IMG/VR virus record: IMGVR_UViG_3300034025_000029
Span: 1-30,856 of that record
From: a virus
Taxonomy: Duplodnaviria > Caudoviricetes
DNA: 30,856 nt
Reading direction: 5' to 3' (one strand)
The notes under the pieces were generated by a model, which did no database searches, had not been told where the DNA came from, and saw only the letters and a program-made list of their open reading frames with translations. Each line of letters starts with the position of its first letter. Position 1 is the stretch's first letter. Shown in pieces: positions 16,875 through 25,422 of the stretch. A program made the position numbers and the translations under genes.

Positions 16875-18415
16875 GCATCCTCAACGCATCGGCGATCGAG
16901 CTGCTCCGGGGGAACGGCCTCCCGGCGCCCGGTCCGGGAGTCGTCATCGACTCCGGGGGCAACGCAGGCGGCGGGGGCGGCACGACGACCCCAACGCCGG
17001 ACATCCCTGCAGGCCTCACGTCGCGGACCCCGGTCAGCGCTATGCGGATGCACCAGTTCTACGGGATCCAGGGCAACCCCACGCGGTTCGACCAGCCCTA
17101 CGCCGGCAACCCCCCCAAGACCTACGCTCAGGCGAATATCGACGCGTGGGTCGCGAAGTATGAAGCGATGGGCTGCTATTGGGTCCGCGCCCGGTACAAC
17201 GACAATCACAAGGGCGTCCAGCGTCTTGTGACGCTGCTTCGGCAAAAGAACATGAAAGTCCTGTGGACAACGGTTCCCGAAGGGGACGGCGCGAACGCGA
17301 GCCTCCCCACGGGGCAGACCATCGCGCAGACCCGGACGATCATTCAGGACATTGCGAAGAACGCTGCCGACGTCACGATCGGTATCGAAGGGCTGAACGA
17401 GCCGAATCACAACCGCAACGGTGCCCCGGTCGTAACCGATTGGGCGACAAACGCAGAATACGGCGCCGTCCCTCACCAAAAAGCCATTTGGGAGGAATAC
17501 GAAAAGGCGACGACCCTCTCGCACGTTTGGGTCGTGTCTCCGTCGCTGCAGGACACGAACCTCGACAAGTCCTACACCGAAGCGAACCCCGCCGGCGGCA
17601 AGAAGCACCTCGAGCAGATGGTCAACGCCGGGATCAAGGATTATTGCCACATGGCGGGGCAGCACTCCTACCCCGGCAAGGGGAACCCCCCGCTGTACAA
17701 GTACGCCGACCGCATCGGGAAAATCGACACGGCTTTCGGCTCGGGGTTCCCTGTCTGGCTGACGGAGTGGGGCTACGCCACGGCGCCCGCGAACACCGCG
17801 AGCGGTCACGCCGTGGCGACGGAGGAAGCCGCTGCACTGTACGGGCCCCGCGCGATCGTCGAGCTGTTCGGCAACTTCTCCGGGGCACCCGCTCGAGACC
17901 TACTCCCGAACGGCGAGCACGGGCTGCGGGTGTCAAGGTTCGAGGGACTCGACGACTACGACAGCGTGAAGGGCGAGCCGGCGCCGTCGGACGACGGACC
18001 TGGGAAGGACGTCGTCGAAGCTAACTTCGGCATGTGGCGGGTCATGGCCAGCGACACGAGCACTGCGCTGTCGACGTACAACCCGGACAACTGGTCAGCG
18101 AAGCCGGAAGTCGCAGCGATGAAAGAGCTGTTCGACGTGATCAAGGCACCCTATGGGACGAAGGACTACGACCCGGAACCGGTCGGGCTGAACATCACGA
18201 AGCCGGCTGCGGCCTCCGACGTCCGGACGTTGCTCGCGCAGACCTACGACGGAACGTTGCTGCTGTTCTACTGGCGGAATCAGCTCATCATGAACACCTC
18301 GACGAAGGACCCGATCAACGTCCCCGCCGTCACCTTCTCCATCGAGGACGCCACCGGGAAGCGGAACATCACGAACGCTGACGGCAAGGTCCGCTGGACC
18401 GAGATAAGCCGATGA
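16871..18415 (+). CDS. Clan GH-A glycoside hydrolase (GH5/GH39-like TIM barrel), probably virion-associated
   Basis: Acid/base motif IEGLNEPN (17384-17407), HSY, nucleophile motif VWLTEWGY (17753-17776) and EANFG. N-terminal G/T/P linker. GTGA-coupled to the fibre gene. Confidence 0.8.
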   Translation: MSILNASAIELLRGNGLPAPGPGVVIDSGGNAGGGGGTTTPTPDIPAGLTSRTPVSAMRMHQFYGIQGNPTRFDQPYAGNPPKTYAQANIDAWVAKYEAMGCYWVRARYNDNHKGVQRLVTLLRQKNMKVLWTTVPEGDGANASLPTGQTIAQTRTIIQDIAKNAADVTIGIEGLNEPNHNRNGAPVVTDWATNAEYGAVPHQKAIWEEYEKATTLSHVWVVSPSLQDTNLDKSYTEANPAGGKKHLEQMVNAGIKDYCHMAGQHSYPGKGNPPLYKYADRIGKIDTAFGSGFPVWLTEWGYATAPANTASGHAVATEEAAALYGPRAIVELFGNFSGAPARDLLPNGEHGLRVSRFEGLDDYDSVKGEPAPSDDGPGKDVVEANFGMWRVMASDTSTALSTYNPDNWSAKPEVAAMKELFDVIKAPYGTKDYDPEPVGLNITKPAAASDVRTLLAQTYDGTLLLFYWRNQLIMNTSTKDPINVPAVTFSIEDATGKRNITNADGKVRWTEISR

Positions 18416-18483
18416 TACGCAGGACGCCGTCGACCCCCCGCGGCGGCGTCCTCCGTTCTGCACGCGCTGGGAGGCGACGAGGC

Positions 18484-18954
18484 ATGCCCTACCGGGACCC
18501 ACTGAGGATCGCGCTGCAGCAGCCGCGGATCCCGCTCGTTCTGCTGACTCACCCGTTCGAGCTGGCGCTCGGCGCGGTGCTGATCATCAATGGCCTGAGA
18601 GGGTTCGCCGGCGACATCAGCCCGTCCCTAGCGACGCTCCCTCAGTGGTTGCAGATGGTCTACCTGGCTGTGTCGACTGTCGGCGGGACCGGTGTCGTCA
18701 CGGGGCTGCTGGCGCGGGTCCCCGACGGTGTCGTCGCGCTCGCGGTCGAACGGGCATCACTGTTCCTCGTCGCCGCGGCATGGCTGGCTCTTTCTGCTGT
18801 CATCCTCAAGGCGAACGGGACGGGAGGGATGGGGATCGCGCTGACCCTAGCCGTCATCGCCGGCGCGTGCCTACTGAGGGCGCGGGCGATCAAGCTCGCG
18901 GCCCGGGTCATCCTCCGCACGCTGACGGTGGTCAACCGCGAGGCGCGCAAGTGA
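18484..18954 (+). CDS. Multi-pass (about 4 TM) membrane protein, lysis cassette (start 18412 or 18484)
   Basis: Four hydrophobic segments. GGAGG/GAGG upstream of ATG 18484. Confidence 0.75.
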   Translation: MPYRDPLRIALQQPRIPLVLLTHPFELALGAVLIINGLRGFAGDISPSLATLPQWLQMVYLAVSTVGGTGVVTGLLARVPDGVVALAVERASLFLVAAAWLALSAVILKANGTGGMGIALTLAVIAGACLLRARAIKLAARVILRTLTVVNREARK

Positions 18955-19367
18955 GCCTCGTCATCGCGGTAGTCACTGCGGCGCTCGGGGGCGGCACCCT
19001 GACGGGTCTAGCGGCGTTGATCCAAGCCCGCGCAGCTGCACGGAAGCTGCGGTCGGAGCAAGAGGTCCTCGGCACGAAGGTCCCTGTCGAGGTCGACAAT
19101 GTCATCGTGTCCGGCGCGGAGCGCGCGGTCCTCACGATGGAACGAGCGCTCGAAGCGGCAGAGCGGCGCATCGGCGAGCTCGAGCGGCGGGAACGGGACG
19201 CGGAAGAGACGATCGATGCGTTGCGCCGTGAGCTGCGGGAGCTCCGGACCGAGGTCGACGAGTGTCACCGCGCGCTGCGTCGGGCACAGGACAAGGTCGA
19301 GACGTTGTCGCGGCGTCTGAACATCTTCGATGACCCGGGGTCCGGGTCGTCCGTCAGTACCGTCTGA
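18951..19367 (+). CDS. Single-TM coiled-coil membrane protein, lysis cassette
   Basis: GTGA overlap. N-terminal IAVVTAALGGGTLTGLAALI followed by a heptad-rich E/R/L coil. Confidence 0.8.
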   Translation: MSLVIAVVTAALGGGTLTGLAALIQARAAARKLRSEQEVLGTKVPVEVDNVIVSGAERAVLTMERALEAAERRIGELERRERDAEETIDALRRELRELRTEVDECHRALRRAQDKVETLSRRLNIFDDPGSGSSVSTV

Positions 19368-19399
19368 GGATCACCCTCCACGAGGAAAGGCTCCCCGTC

Positions 19400-21289
19400 A
19401 TGGCACGCACACCCGCAGAAGCGATCGAGTGGGGTCGCGCGCAGTCGCGGCGCCCGTCGCAGGACTGGCACAACCTGTGCCTGTCGTTCGTCCGGCAGTC
19501 CTTCGGGATCGACTACACCCCCGTCTCGGAGTGGCCGGCAGCCGACCGCTTCGCTGGCATGGCGTGGCGCCGCGCGAAGGTGAAGCACCCCACGACCGAC
19601 GCGTCGTCGATCCCTGCCGGCGTCCCCGTCTATTGGGACTCTCCGTCGGCGTTCGAGCACATCGCTCTGTCCCTCGGCGGCGGGCGGTGTCTGTCGACGG
19701 ACGTCCCCCGTGGCCGTGTGGGGGAGGTCGGGATCGACGAGTTGACCCGGGCGTGGCACATGAAGCTGCTGGGGTGGTCCGAGGACCTTGTCGGGAACAG
19801 GGTCCGCGGTCAGGGTCCCGTCGAGAAGCCTGGGCCCGCGCCAGCTCCCGCACCGGGTGGGATCGGCCTGCGGGTCGACCTCGTCGACATCAGCCACCAC
19901 CAGGCCGGGACCATCGACTACGGCGCGGCGAAGCGCGCCGGCGTCCGCGGGATGTACCACAAGGCCACCGAGGGCGCGACCTTCACTGACTCCCGCTACC
20001 GGGGCCGGCGGAACGAAGCGACCGCAGCTCGACTGCCGTTCGGCGCGTACCACTTCGCGCGACCTGCGAAGGGCGACGCCGACGTCGAGGCCGCGCACTT
20101 CCTGAAGGTCGCGGACCCGCAGCCGGGGGACCTCCTGCCGATGCTCGACCTGGAGGACACCGGTGGGTTGAACCGCGCCGACCTCACGACGTGGGTCCGG
20201 ACCTTCGTGGCCAACGTCGAGCGGGCAGTCGGCGTGAGGCCGATCATCTACACCCCGTTTGACCTCGACGACACCTGCGGATGCCTCCTGTGGGTTGCCC
20301 GCTACCACCCCCGGAACGAGGCGCCGCGGGTCCCTGCCCCGTGGAAGCGGTGGGATGTCCGGCAGTTCTCGAACGGTGTCTTCGGTGTCCCGTCGCAGGT
20401 CCCGGGGTTCGGGCACGTCGACCTCAACACGTTCCGCGACGGCCTCATCGTGGCGGAGCTGTCGATCCCGACTAAGGGCGCCGCTGCTCCCGCACCGGTC
20501 GACACCGACGTCGACCTCGACGAGGACGTCCCCGCCGTCGAGCACCCCGTGAACATCGCAGTCGTGCCGGGACGGTGGGACGCACCTCTCCCGGCATGGC
20601 TGGCACGCCACCTGCAGGCCCGTACAGCCCGTGCGCGGTTCGTCGGGCTGACGGAGTGCACCGACGGCGCGCAGACCGCTCAGATGCTCGAAGCGCTCGC
20701 GCTCGAGGGTTGGGGGTCGTACTGGAACCCCGTCCCGGGCCCGTCGCAGGTCGCGCACACCTGGGACTCGGACCGCTTCGAGCTCGTCGGTCACCCGTGG
20801 GCGGTGCAGCTGGACACGACCCCCGTCGCCACGAAGAAGGGCCGGCCCCGTCCGCAGACCTTCGCGGTCGGCGTCGCGCTCCGCGACAAGCTGCACGGCG
20901 GCGTCATCCTGTTCGTCGGGGCGCACCTCGAGCTCGAGAACACCGTCCGGCGCCGGCAGAAGAAGCTCGAGTCGATCGAGGCGCTGCAGGCGAAGGGGTT
21001 CGCACCAGGCCGCGCGCAGTTCCCCGACGCGACCCGGGTCCTGTGGGCGGACTTCAACCGCAACGCGAAGACCGCGGCGGTCCGCCGGTGGTGGGCGAAG
21101 ACGTTCCCCGGGCTGGCCCCGGGGTGGGTCCTCGAGCAGCGTCGCGCTGCGATCGATTGGGTGGCCGGCGGGACCCGCCTCGTCCTCCTGACGTCGAAGG
21201 TCCTGCCCCGTGACGCTGCCGACCCGCTCGACCACGTCACGACGCTGACGCGGTGGGCATGGCGGCGGACCGACGGCGGTCAGAAGTGA
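19400..21289 (+). CDS. Endolysin: Cys/His (CHAP/NlpC-like) domain + GH25 muramidase + EEP-fold domain
   Basis: N-terminus: LCLSFVR...PAGVPVYW...HIALSLGGG. Middle: DISHHQ, KATEG, GAYHF, MLDLE, PIIYT, LWVARY, VDLN. C-terminus: GLTE, AHL, ADFN, IDWV, LDH. Confidence 0.9.
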   Translation: MARTPAEAIEWGRAQSRRPSQDWHNLCLSFVRQSFGIDYTPVSEWPAADRFAGMAWRRAKVKHPTTDASSIPAGVPVYWDSPSAFEHIALSLGGGRCLSTDVPRGRVGEVGIDELTRAWHMKLLGWSEDLVGNRVRGQGPVEKPGPAPAPAPGGIGLRVDLVDISHHQAGTIDYGAAKRAGVRGMYHKATEGATFTDSRYRGRRNEATAARLPFGAYHFARPAKGDADVEAAHFLKVADPQPGDLLPMLDLEDTGGLNRADLTTWVRTFVANVERAVGVRPIIYTPFDLDDTCGCLLWVARYHPRNEAPRVPAPWKRWDVRQFSNGVFGVPSQVPGFGHVDLNTFRDGLIVAELSIPTKGAAAPAPVDTDVDLDEDVPAVEHPVNIAVVPGRWDAPLPAWLARHLQARTARARFVGLTECTDGAQTAQMLEALALEGWGSYWNPVPGPSQVAHTWDSDRFELVGHPWAVQLDTTPVATKKGRPRPQTFAVGVALRDKLHGGVILFVGAHLELENTVRRRQKKLESIEALQAKGFAPGRAQFPDATRVLWADFNRNAKTAAVRRWWAKTFPGLAPGWVLEQRRAAIDWVAGGTRLVLLTSKVLPRDAADPLDHVTTLTRWAWRRTDGGQK

Positions 21290-21441
21290 GACCGCCCCCT
21301 CCGCGCTCCGACGCGGCGCAGCGTGCGATCACCCGCGAGCTCGTCCGTGTGACGCTAGGCCGCGGGATCAAGCGGCGTGAGCTGCTCGTCGTCACCGTCA
21401 CCCCGAAGCCGCCGAAGATCAGGAAGGGCGACCGCTCATGA
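21286..21441 (+). CDS. 51-aa basic hypothetical protein
   Basis: GTGA and ATGA overlaps fill the gap between endolysin and holin exactly. Confidence 0.55.
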   Translation: MRPPPPRSDAAQRAITRELVRVTLGRGIKRRELLVVTVTPKPPKIRKGDRS

Positions 21442-21869
21442 AGGACAGGAAGCGACCGGACGACCGGCGTCCCGCAGGGCGGGCGCCGGCGGGCAAGCGG
21501 AACCGTAGGAAGCTGCCGAAGACCGCGACCGAGCCAGCCCTAGTGCGGGGTGTCGTCGTCGCGGTCCTCGCGCTGCTGTCGACCCTCGGAGTGACGTGGG
21601 CCGACGTCGATAAGAAGACCCTCGGGCTGATCGTCGTGGTCCTCGTCGCGGTCCTCCACCTCGCGCAGGCCCTGTGGACCCGGCGAGCGGTCACCCCGAA
21701 CGCGAAGGTCGTCGCGCGGGTGTCGCTGTCGAAGGAAGCCGTTGTCGCTGGCGAAGCGGCGGCAGTGCCGACCGGGGAACCTCTCGCGGTGTACGACGTC
21801 GGCGACGTGCAGGGCCGCGAGCTGACGCTGCAGCCGACCCCGCTTCCGGCTTCGATCCTGGGCGGCTGA
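21438..21869 (+). CDS. Holin-like protein
   Basis: Basic N-terminus, EPALVRGVVVAVLALL and a second TM, then WTRRAVTP motif typical of actinophage holins. Follows the endolysin. Confidence 0.75.
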   Translation: MKDRKRPDDRRPAGRAPAGKRNRRKLPKTATEPALVRGVVVAVLALLSTLGVTWADVDKKTLGLIVVVLVAVLHLAQALWTRRAVTPNAKVVARVSLSKEAVVAGEAAAVPTGEPLAVYDVGDVQGRELTLQPTPLPASILGG

Positions 21870-21870
21870 C

Positions 21871-22194
21871 GTGGTCCTGCAGGCCGGCACGAAGCCTGAG
21901 TCTCTCGTCGTGCTGCTCGTGCGTGGCGCTGACTTCGTGTGGGGGTTCGACTCTGTCGACGGGGACTGGCCGGCGGGCGCGGTCATCGAGCTCGTGTTCT
22001 CCGACCCTCCGCAGACCCGGTGGCCAGCGTCGGTCGCTGGCGCCGCGGTCGACTGGAACGTCGACCAAGCTGCGGTCTCCGCGTTGCTCGACCGCTTCGT
22101 CGACGGCGTCACCCCCCGCGCGCAGCTCCGCTACACCCACGGGGCGACGGACCTCGTGTGGGCTGCGGGGACCGTCAGCGTCGTGACGACGTGA
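21871..22194 (+). CDS. Small beta-sandwich fibre-attachment-like protein (LtfC/BppU-like)
   Basis: LVVLLVRGADFVW...WPAG...RWPASVAG...WAAGTV all-beta pattern as in actinophage minor structural proteins. Confidence 0.6.
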   Translation: MVLQAGTKPESLVVLLVRGADFVWGFDSVDGDWPAGAVIELVFSDPPQTRWPASVAGAAVDWNVDQAAVSALLDRFVDGVTPRAQLRYTHGATDLVWAAGTVSVVTT

Positions 22195-22547
22195 CAGCCG
22201 TCCCGTCCGGCGTCCCCTTCGTCATCGGCCTGGCGGGGATGCGCCTGCAGGTCCGGCAACCTGTCGTCCCCCGCTTCACCGTCGCACCCCCGACGTCCCG
22301 TCGGACCCTCGCGCTGCCCGTCCGTGGCCCCGCTGGGCCAGCTGGGACCGCGGTCGGCGCCGGCCTCGTGCACCCGCAGGTCACCCCTGCGGCGACGTGG
22401 TCGATCACGCACAACCTCGGCAGGAAGCCGCACGGTGTCACCATCTACGTCGACGGCGAGCTCGTCGATACCGACGTGCACGTCGACGAGACCTACGTCG
22501 TCCTGACGTTCCACGAGCCGACCGCCGGCGAAGCGCACATCCTCTAG
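22191..22547 (+). CDS. Structural protein with short Gly-X-Y linker and THNLG domain
   Basis: GTGA overlap. GPAGPAG, then QVTPAATWSITHNLGRKP...VVLTFHEPTAGEAHIL. Confidence 0.75.
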   Translation: MTAVPSGVPFVIGLAGMRLQVRQPVVPRFTVAPPTSRRTLALPVRGPAGPAGTAVGAGLVHPQVTPAATWSITHNLGRKPHGVTIYVDGELVDTDVHVDETYVVLTFHEPTAGEAHIL

Positions 22548-22567
22548 GAACAGGAGCACACCCCGCC

Positions 22568-23383
22568 ATGCCTCGTCCCATGCTCAACGGACTGAACCTC
22601 GTCAATCAGAGGATCCTCAACGTCGGCGACCCGACCGCTGCGACCGACGCGGCCAACAAGCAGTACGTCGACGGCGTCGCACGCGGCCTCGACTGGAAGC
22701 CGGAAGTCGTCGCAGCCTCGACGGGGAACGTGTCCCTCACGGCCCCGGGCAGCACCCTCGACGGCGTCACCCTGACCGCGGGGATGCAGACCGTCCCTGG
22801 CATCGGGACGGTCACCAGGGTCCTCCTGAAGGACCAGACGACGCCGGCTGAGAACGGCATCTATGACTGGACTGGCGCTTCGTCGGCGCTGACCCGGTCC
22901 GTCGATGCTGACTCGGGCGCCGAGCTGTCCGGCGCCACCGTCACCGTGCAGCGCGGCACCGTCAACGCGGACCGCGTCTACCGGGTGACGACGGACGACC
23001 CGCTGACCCTCGGGACGACCCCGATCGCGCTCGCGCAGGTCGGCGGCGCGTCGTCGGCGTACACCGGTGGGAACGGTCTGACGCTGACCGGGTCGACGTT
23101 CGACGTCGGCGCCGGGACCGGGATCACGGTCGGCGCGGACACCGTCGGCATCGACACCTCCGTCGTCGTCCGGAAGGTCGCCGCGAACGTCGGGAACGGC
23201 GCACTGACCTCCGTCCCGATCGCGCACAACCTCGGGACCCGGGACGTCACCGTCGCGGTCTACGACTCGACCACCTTCGAGGAAGTGTTCCCCGACGTGA
23301 TCCACACCGACACCAACACCGTGACGCTCGTCTTCGCGTCCGCACCCGCGACGGCTGCGTACCGCTGCGTCGTCCACGGCTGA
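22568..23383 (+). CDS. Fibre / head-decoration-like structural protein
   Basis: AGGAG RBS. DPTAATDAANKQYVD, GLDWK, RVLLKDQT...ENGIY, YTGGNGLTLTGSTF and a C-terminal IAHNLGTRDV domain. Confidence 0.8.
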   Translation: MPRPMLNGLNLVNQRILNVGDPTAATDAANKQYVDGVARGLDWKPEVVAASTGNVSLTAPGSTLDGVTLTAGMQTVPGIGTVTRVLLKDQTTPAENGIYDWTGASSALTRSVDADSGAELSGATVTVQRGTVNADRVYRVTTDDPLTLGTTPIALAQVGGASSAYTGGNGLTLTGSTFDVGAGTGITVGADTVGIDTSVVVRKVAANVGNGALTSVPIAHNLGTRDVTVAVYDSTTFEEVFPDVIHTDTNTVTLVFASAPATAAYRCVVHG

Positions 23384-23387
23384 CCCC

Positions 23388-24356
23388 GTGGTGAAGCAGC
23401 TCGGGCCCCGCCTCGACGGGTCGGGCCCCGTCCGGGGAACAGACTTCGAGCTCGCGAACCCCGCCGGGTCGTACGGGGTCAACGCGACATGGAACGGGAA
23501 CAACTGGGTCCGGATCCGCGCCGGTCGCGCGTTCCTCATGCAGCACGACGAGGCGACCGGCGACCTCCGGATCAAGGTCGGCGGGTCAGCAGCTGCCGGC
23601 AGCCTCATCGCATGGCTCGACCGCGGGTCAGTCGGGGAGTCCGGGATCTTCGACTACGGGAGCCGCGCCTACTCCGACAGCAACCCCCCGGGGACGCTGC
23701 TCATGGCGGAATCAGGGGCTGTCCCCGCAACGCCGGCGGCTGGGCTGCTCGAGCAGTACGCCGACACGTCCGGGGTGCTGTGGTCGAGGTCCGACGACGG
23801 GGTGATCCGTCGGCTCGCGAACCCCGACACCGACAACCCCCTCCCGGAGGACAACGGCCTGAAGGCGTGGTCGATGGACCCTGCGACGTCGACGGCGGTC
23901 ACGATCCTCCCGACCTCGGGCATGGGCCATTTCGTCCGGATGAGCCTGTCGAGGGCGCAGGTGATCAGCTCCCTGTGGGTCTACGTCTCCACGGCTGGCG
24001 CGTCCCTGACTAACGTCGGCTTCGCGCTGTACGACGCTGCGGGGAACCGGCTCACCTCGAGCGTCAACACGAACGGCGCGACGACGACGGCGTTCTCATC
24101 GCTCGGCGCCAAGCAAGTCACGTTCAGCGCGCCACCGACGATCCCTGCCGGCAATTTCTTCGGCTTCATGTGGTTCGCCGGGACGACGATGCCGACGCTG
24201 AACCGGGGCGCGACGACCGTCGCGCTGCACAACATCAACCTCAGTCCGCCGAACCTCCGCTTCGGGACGTCGGGGTCTGGCCTCACGACGACAGCGCCGG
24301 CGACCATCACGACGCAGGCGAGCAACGGGGCCGCGTACTGGATGGGCGCGTCGTGA
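23388..24356 (+). CDS. Fibre / receptor-binding-like structural protein
   Basis: T/G/S/A-rich beta composition. NATWNGNNWVR, PATPAAG...LWSRSDDG and PEDNGLKAWSMDPA segments as in actinophage tail proteins. Confidence 0.7.
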   Translation: MVKQLGPRLDGSGPVRGTDFELANPAGSYGVNATWNGNNWVRIRAGRAFLMQHDEATGDLRIKVGGSAAAGSLIAWLDRGSVGESGIFDYGSRAYSDSNPPGTLLMAESGAVPATPAAGLLEQYADTSGVLWSRSDDGVIRRLANPDTDNPLPEDNGLKAWSMDPATSTAVTILPTSGMGHFVRMSLSRAQVISSLWVYVSTAGASLTNVGFALYDAAGNRLTSSVNTNGATTTAFSSLGAKQVTFSAPPTIPAGNFFGFMWFAGTTMPTLNRGATTVALHNINLSPPNLRFGTSGSGLTTTAPATITTQASNGAAYWMGAS

Positions 24357-24571
24357 CGGTGTGGGGCTGGCTGTGGCTGGCGTGGGGGCTGCTCTTCGCG
24401 GTCATCGAAGCGGTGGCAGTCGTCAACGACAAGCGCGGCGACACCCTCTCCGAGCACCTCCGGATGTGGTTCCGGACCGACACGAAGCACGGGCGTACCG
24501 CGTGGCTCGTCGTCTCCGGTGGCTTCGCAGCCTGGTTCGTCGTTCACATCCTGCAGGAAGGCCTCGCATGA
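24353..24571 (+). CDS. 72-aa two-TM Trp-rich membrane protein
   Basis: VWGWLWLAWGLLFAVIEAVA...GDTLSEHLRMWF...AWLVVSGGFAAWFVVHIL. GTGA and ATGA overlaps. Confidence 0.8.
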   Translation: MTVWGWLWLAWGLLFAVIEAVAVVNDKRGDTLSEHLRMWFRTDTKHGRTAWLVVSGGFAAWFVVHILQEGLA

Positions 24572-24978
24572 GCCTCGACCGCCGGCGCTACCTGTACCGC
24601 GTCACCGGTGTGACCCGCGTGCAGGACGGTGACACCTGGGACCTCACCCTGACCGAGCTGCAGCCGCACGACCCTGGCTTCAACGATCGGATCACCTGGG
24701 AGTCGACGAAGCGGTTCCGACTGATCGGGCCGCGCGACGCGAAGATCGACGTCGTCGAGCTCCGCACCATCCGAGGTCGGGACGCGTCGGCGTTCTCGGA
24801 GGCGTGGATCCGCGTCGCGATCGCAGCTGGCCAGCTCGAGGGTGAGTCGTTCAAGCATGACGTCACGACCCCCGACGGGTCCTTCGGTCGGTGGCTGATC
24901 GACCTTTACCGCGTCGACACCGGTGTGCACCTCTCCGACGTCGTCCGCGAGGCCGGGTACGAAGCGCCACCCGACTGA
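24568..24978 (+). CDS. Thermonuclease (staphylococcal nuclease-like) protein
   Basis: VTRVQDGDT, RFRLIG, IDVVE and DGSFGRWL match the SNase DGDT / RL / DxPE / DxYGR motifs. No signal peptide. Confidence 0.85.
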   Translation: MSLDRRRYLYRVTGVTRVQDGDTWDLTLTELQPHDPGFNDRITWESTKRFRLIGPRDAKIDVVELRTIRGRDASAFSEAWIRVAIAAGQLEGESFKHDVTTPDGSFGRWLIDLYRVDTGVHLSDVVREAGYEAPPD

Positions 24979-24990
24979 CCCACCGAGCTC

Positions 24991-25039
24991 AACGCGCAAG
25001 GGCCCTACCCGCACCGGGGTAGGGCCCTTGTTCTGCGTT
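24991..25039. terminator. Intrinsic terminator between convergent genes, probably bidirectional
   Basis: Perfect 14-bp stem caagggccctaccc / gggtagggcccttg (24997-25030) with a 6-nt loop, followed by ttct. Outer aacgc/gcgtt pairing. Confidence 0.85.
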
Positions 25040-25056
25040 CGGGAGCGGTCAGGTGG

Positions 25057-25422
25057 TCAGTGGTCGTGGATCGCGACGGAGGCGCCGTGGTCCCAGGAGC
25101 CGTCGTCCTGGCGTTCCTCGACGCGCATCCCGTCGAGACCGTCGTCGCCGAAGTCGAACCGGCCCCCACCCTTCGCGCACCCGTTCTCGTCGGTGATGTA
25201 GGAAGTGAATTTCCGCCCGGACAGGGCGACGCGGACGGCGTGCCCGTCGCATTCCTTGTCGAGGACGTACCCGTCCCCGGTGTCGCCGACGATCGCGGCG
25301 TAGTCCTTCCCCTGGTAGGCGTAGGTGGTGGCCTCGTGAGCTGTGGCGGGAGCGCCGACGAGAAGCAGCGACGCGGAGGTGAGGGCGAGGGCAGCGGAGA
25401 GGCTGCGTCGTGTGGTGGTCAT
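25057..25422 (-). CDS. Secreted protein with signal peptide and a Cys pair
   Basis: MTTTRRSLSAALALTSASLLLVGAPATA|HE (basic n-region, h-region, AxA site). Acidic beta-rich mature part with two Cys. Confidence 0.8.
   Translation of the reverse strand: MTTTRRSLSAALALTSASLLLVGAPATAHEATTYAYQGKDYAAIVGDTGDGYVLDKECDGHAVRVALSGRKFTSYITDENGCAKGGGRFDFGDDGLDGMRVEERQDDGSWDHGASVAIHDH

Noticed and set aside
15318-24356. Diversity-generating retroelement or invertible tail-fibre cassette
   Set aside because: No reverse transcriptase, no invertase, and no template/variable repeat pair or flanking inverted repeats were noticed.
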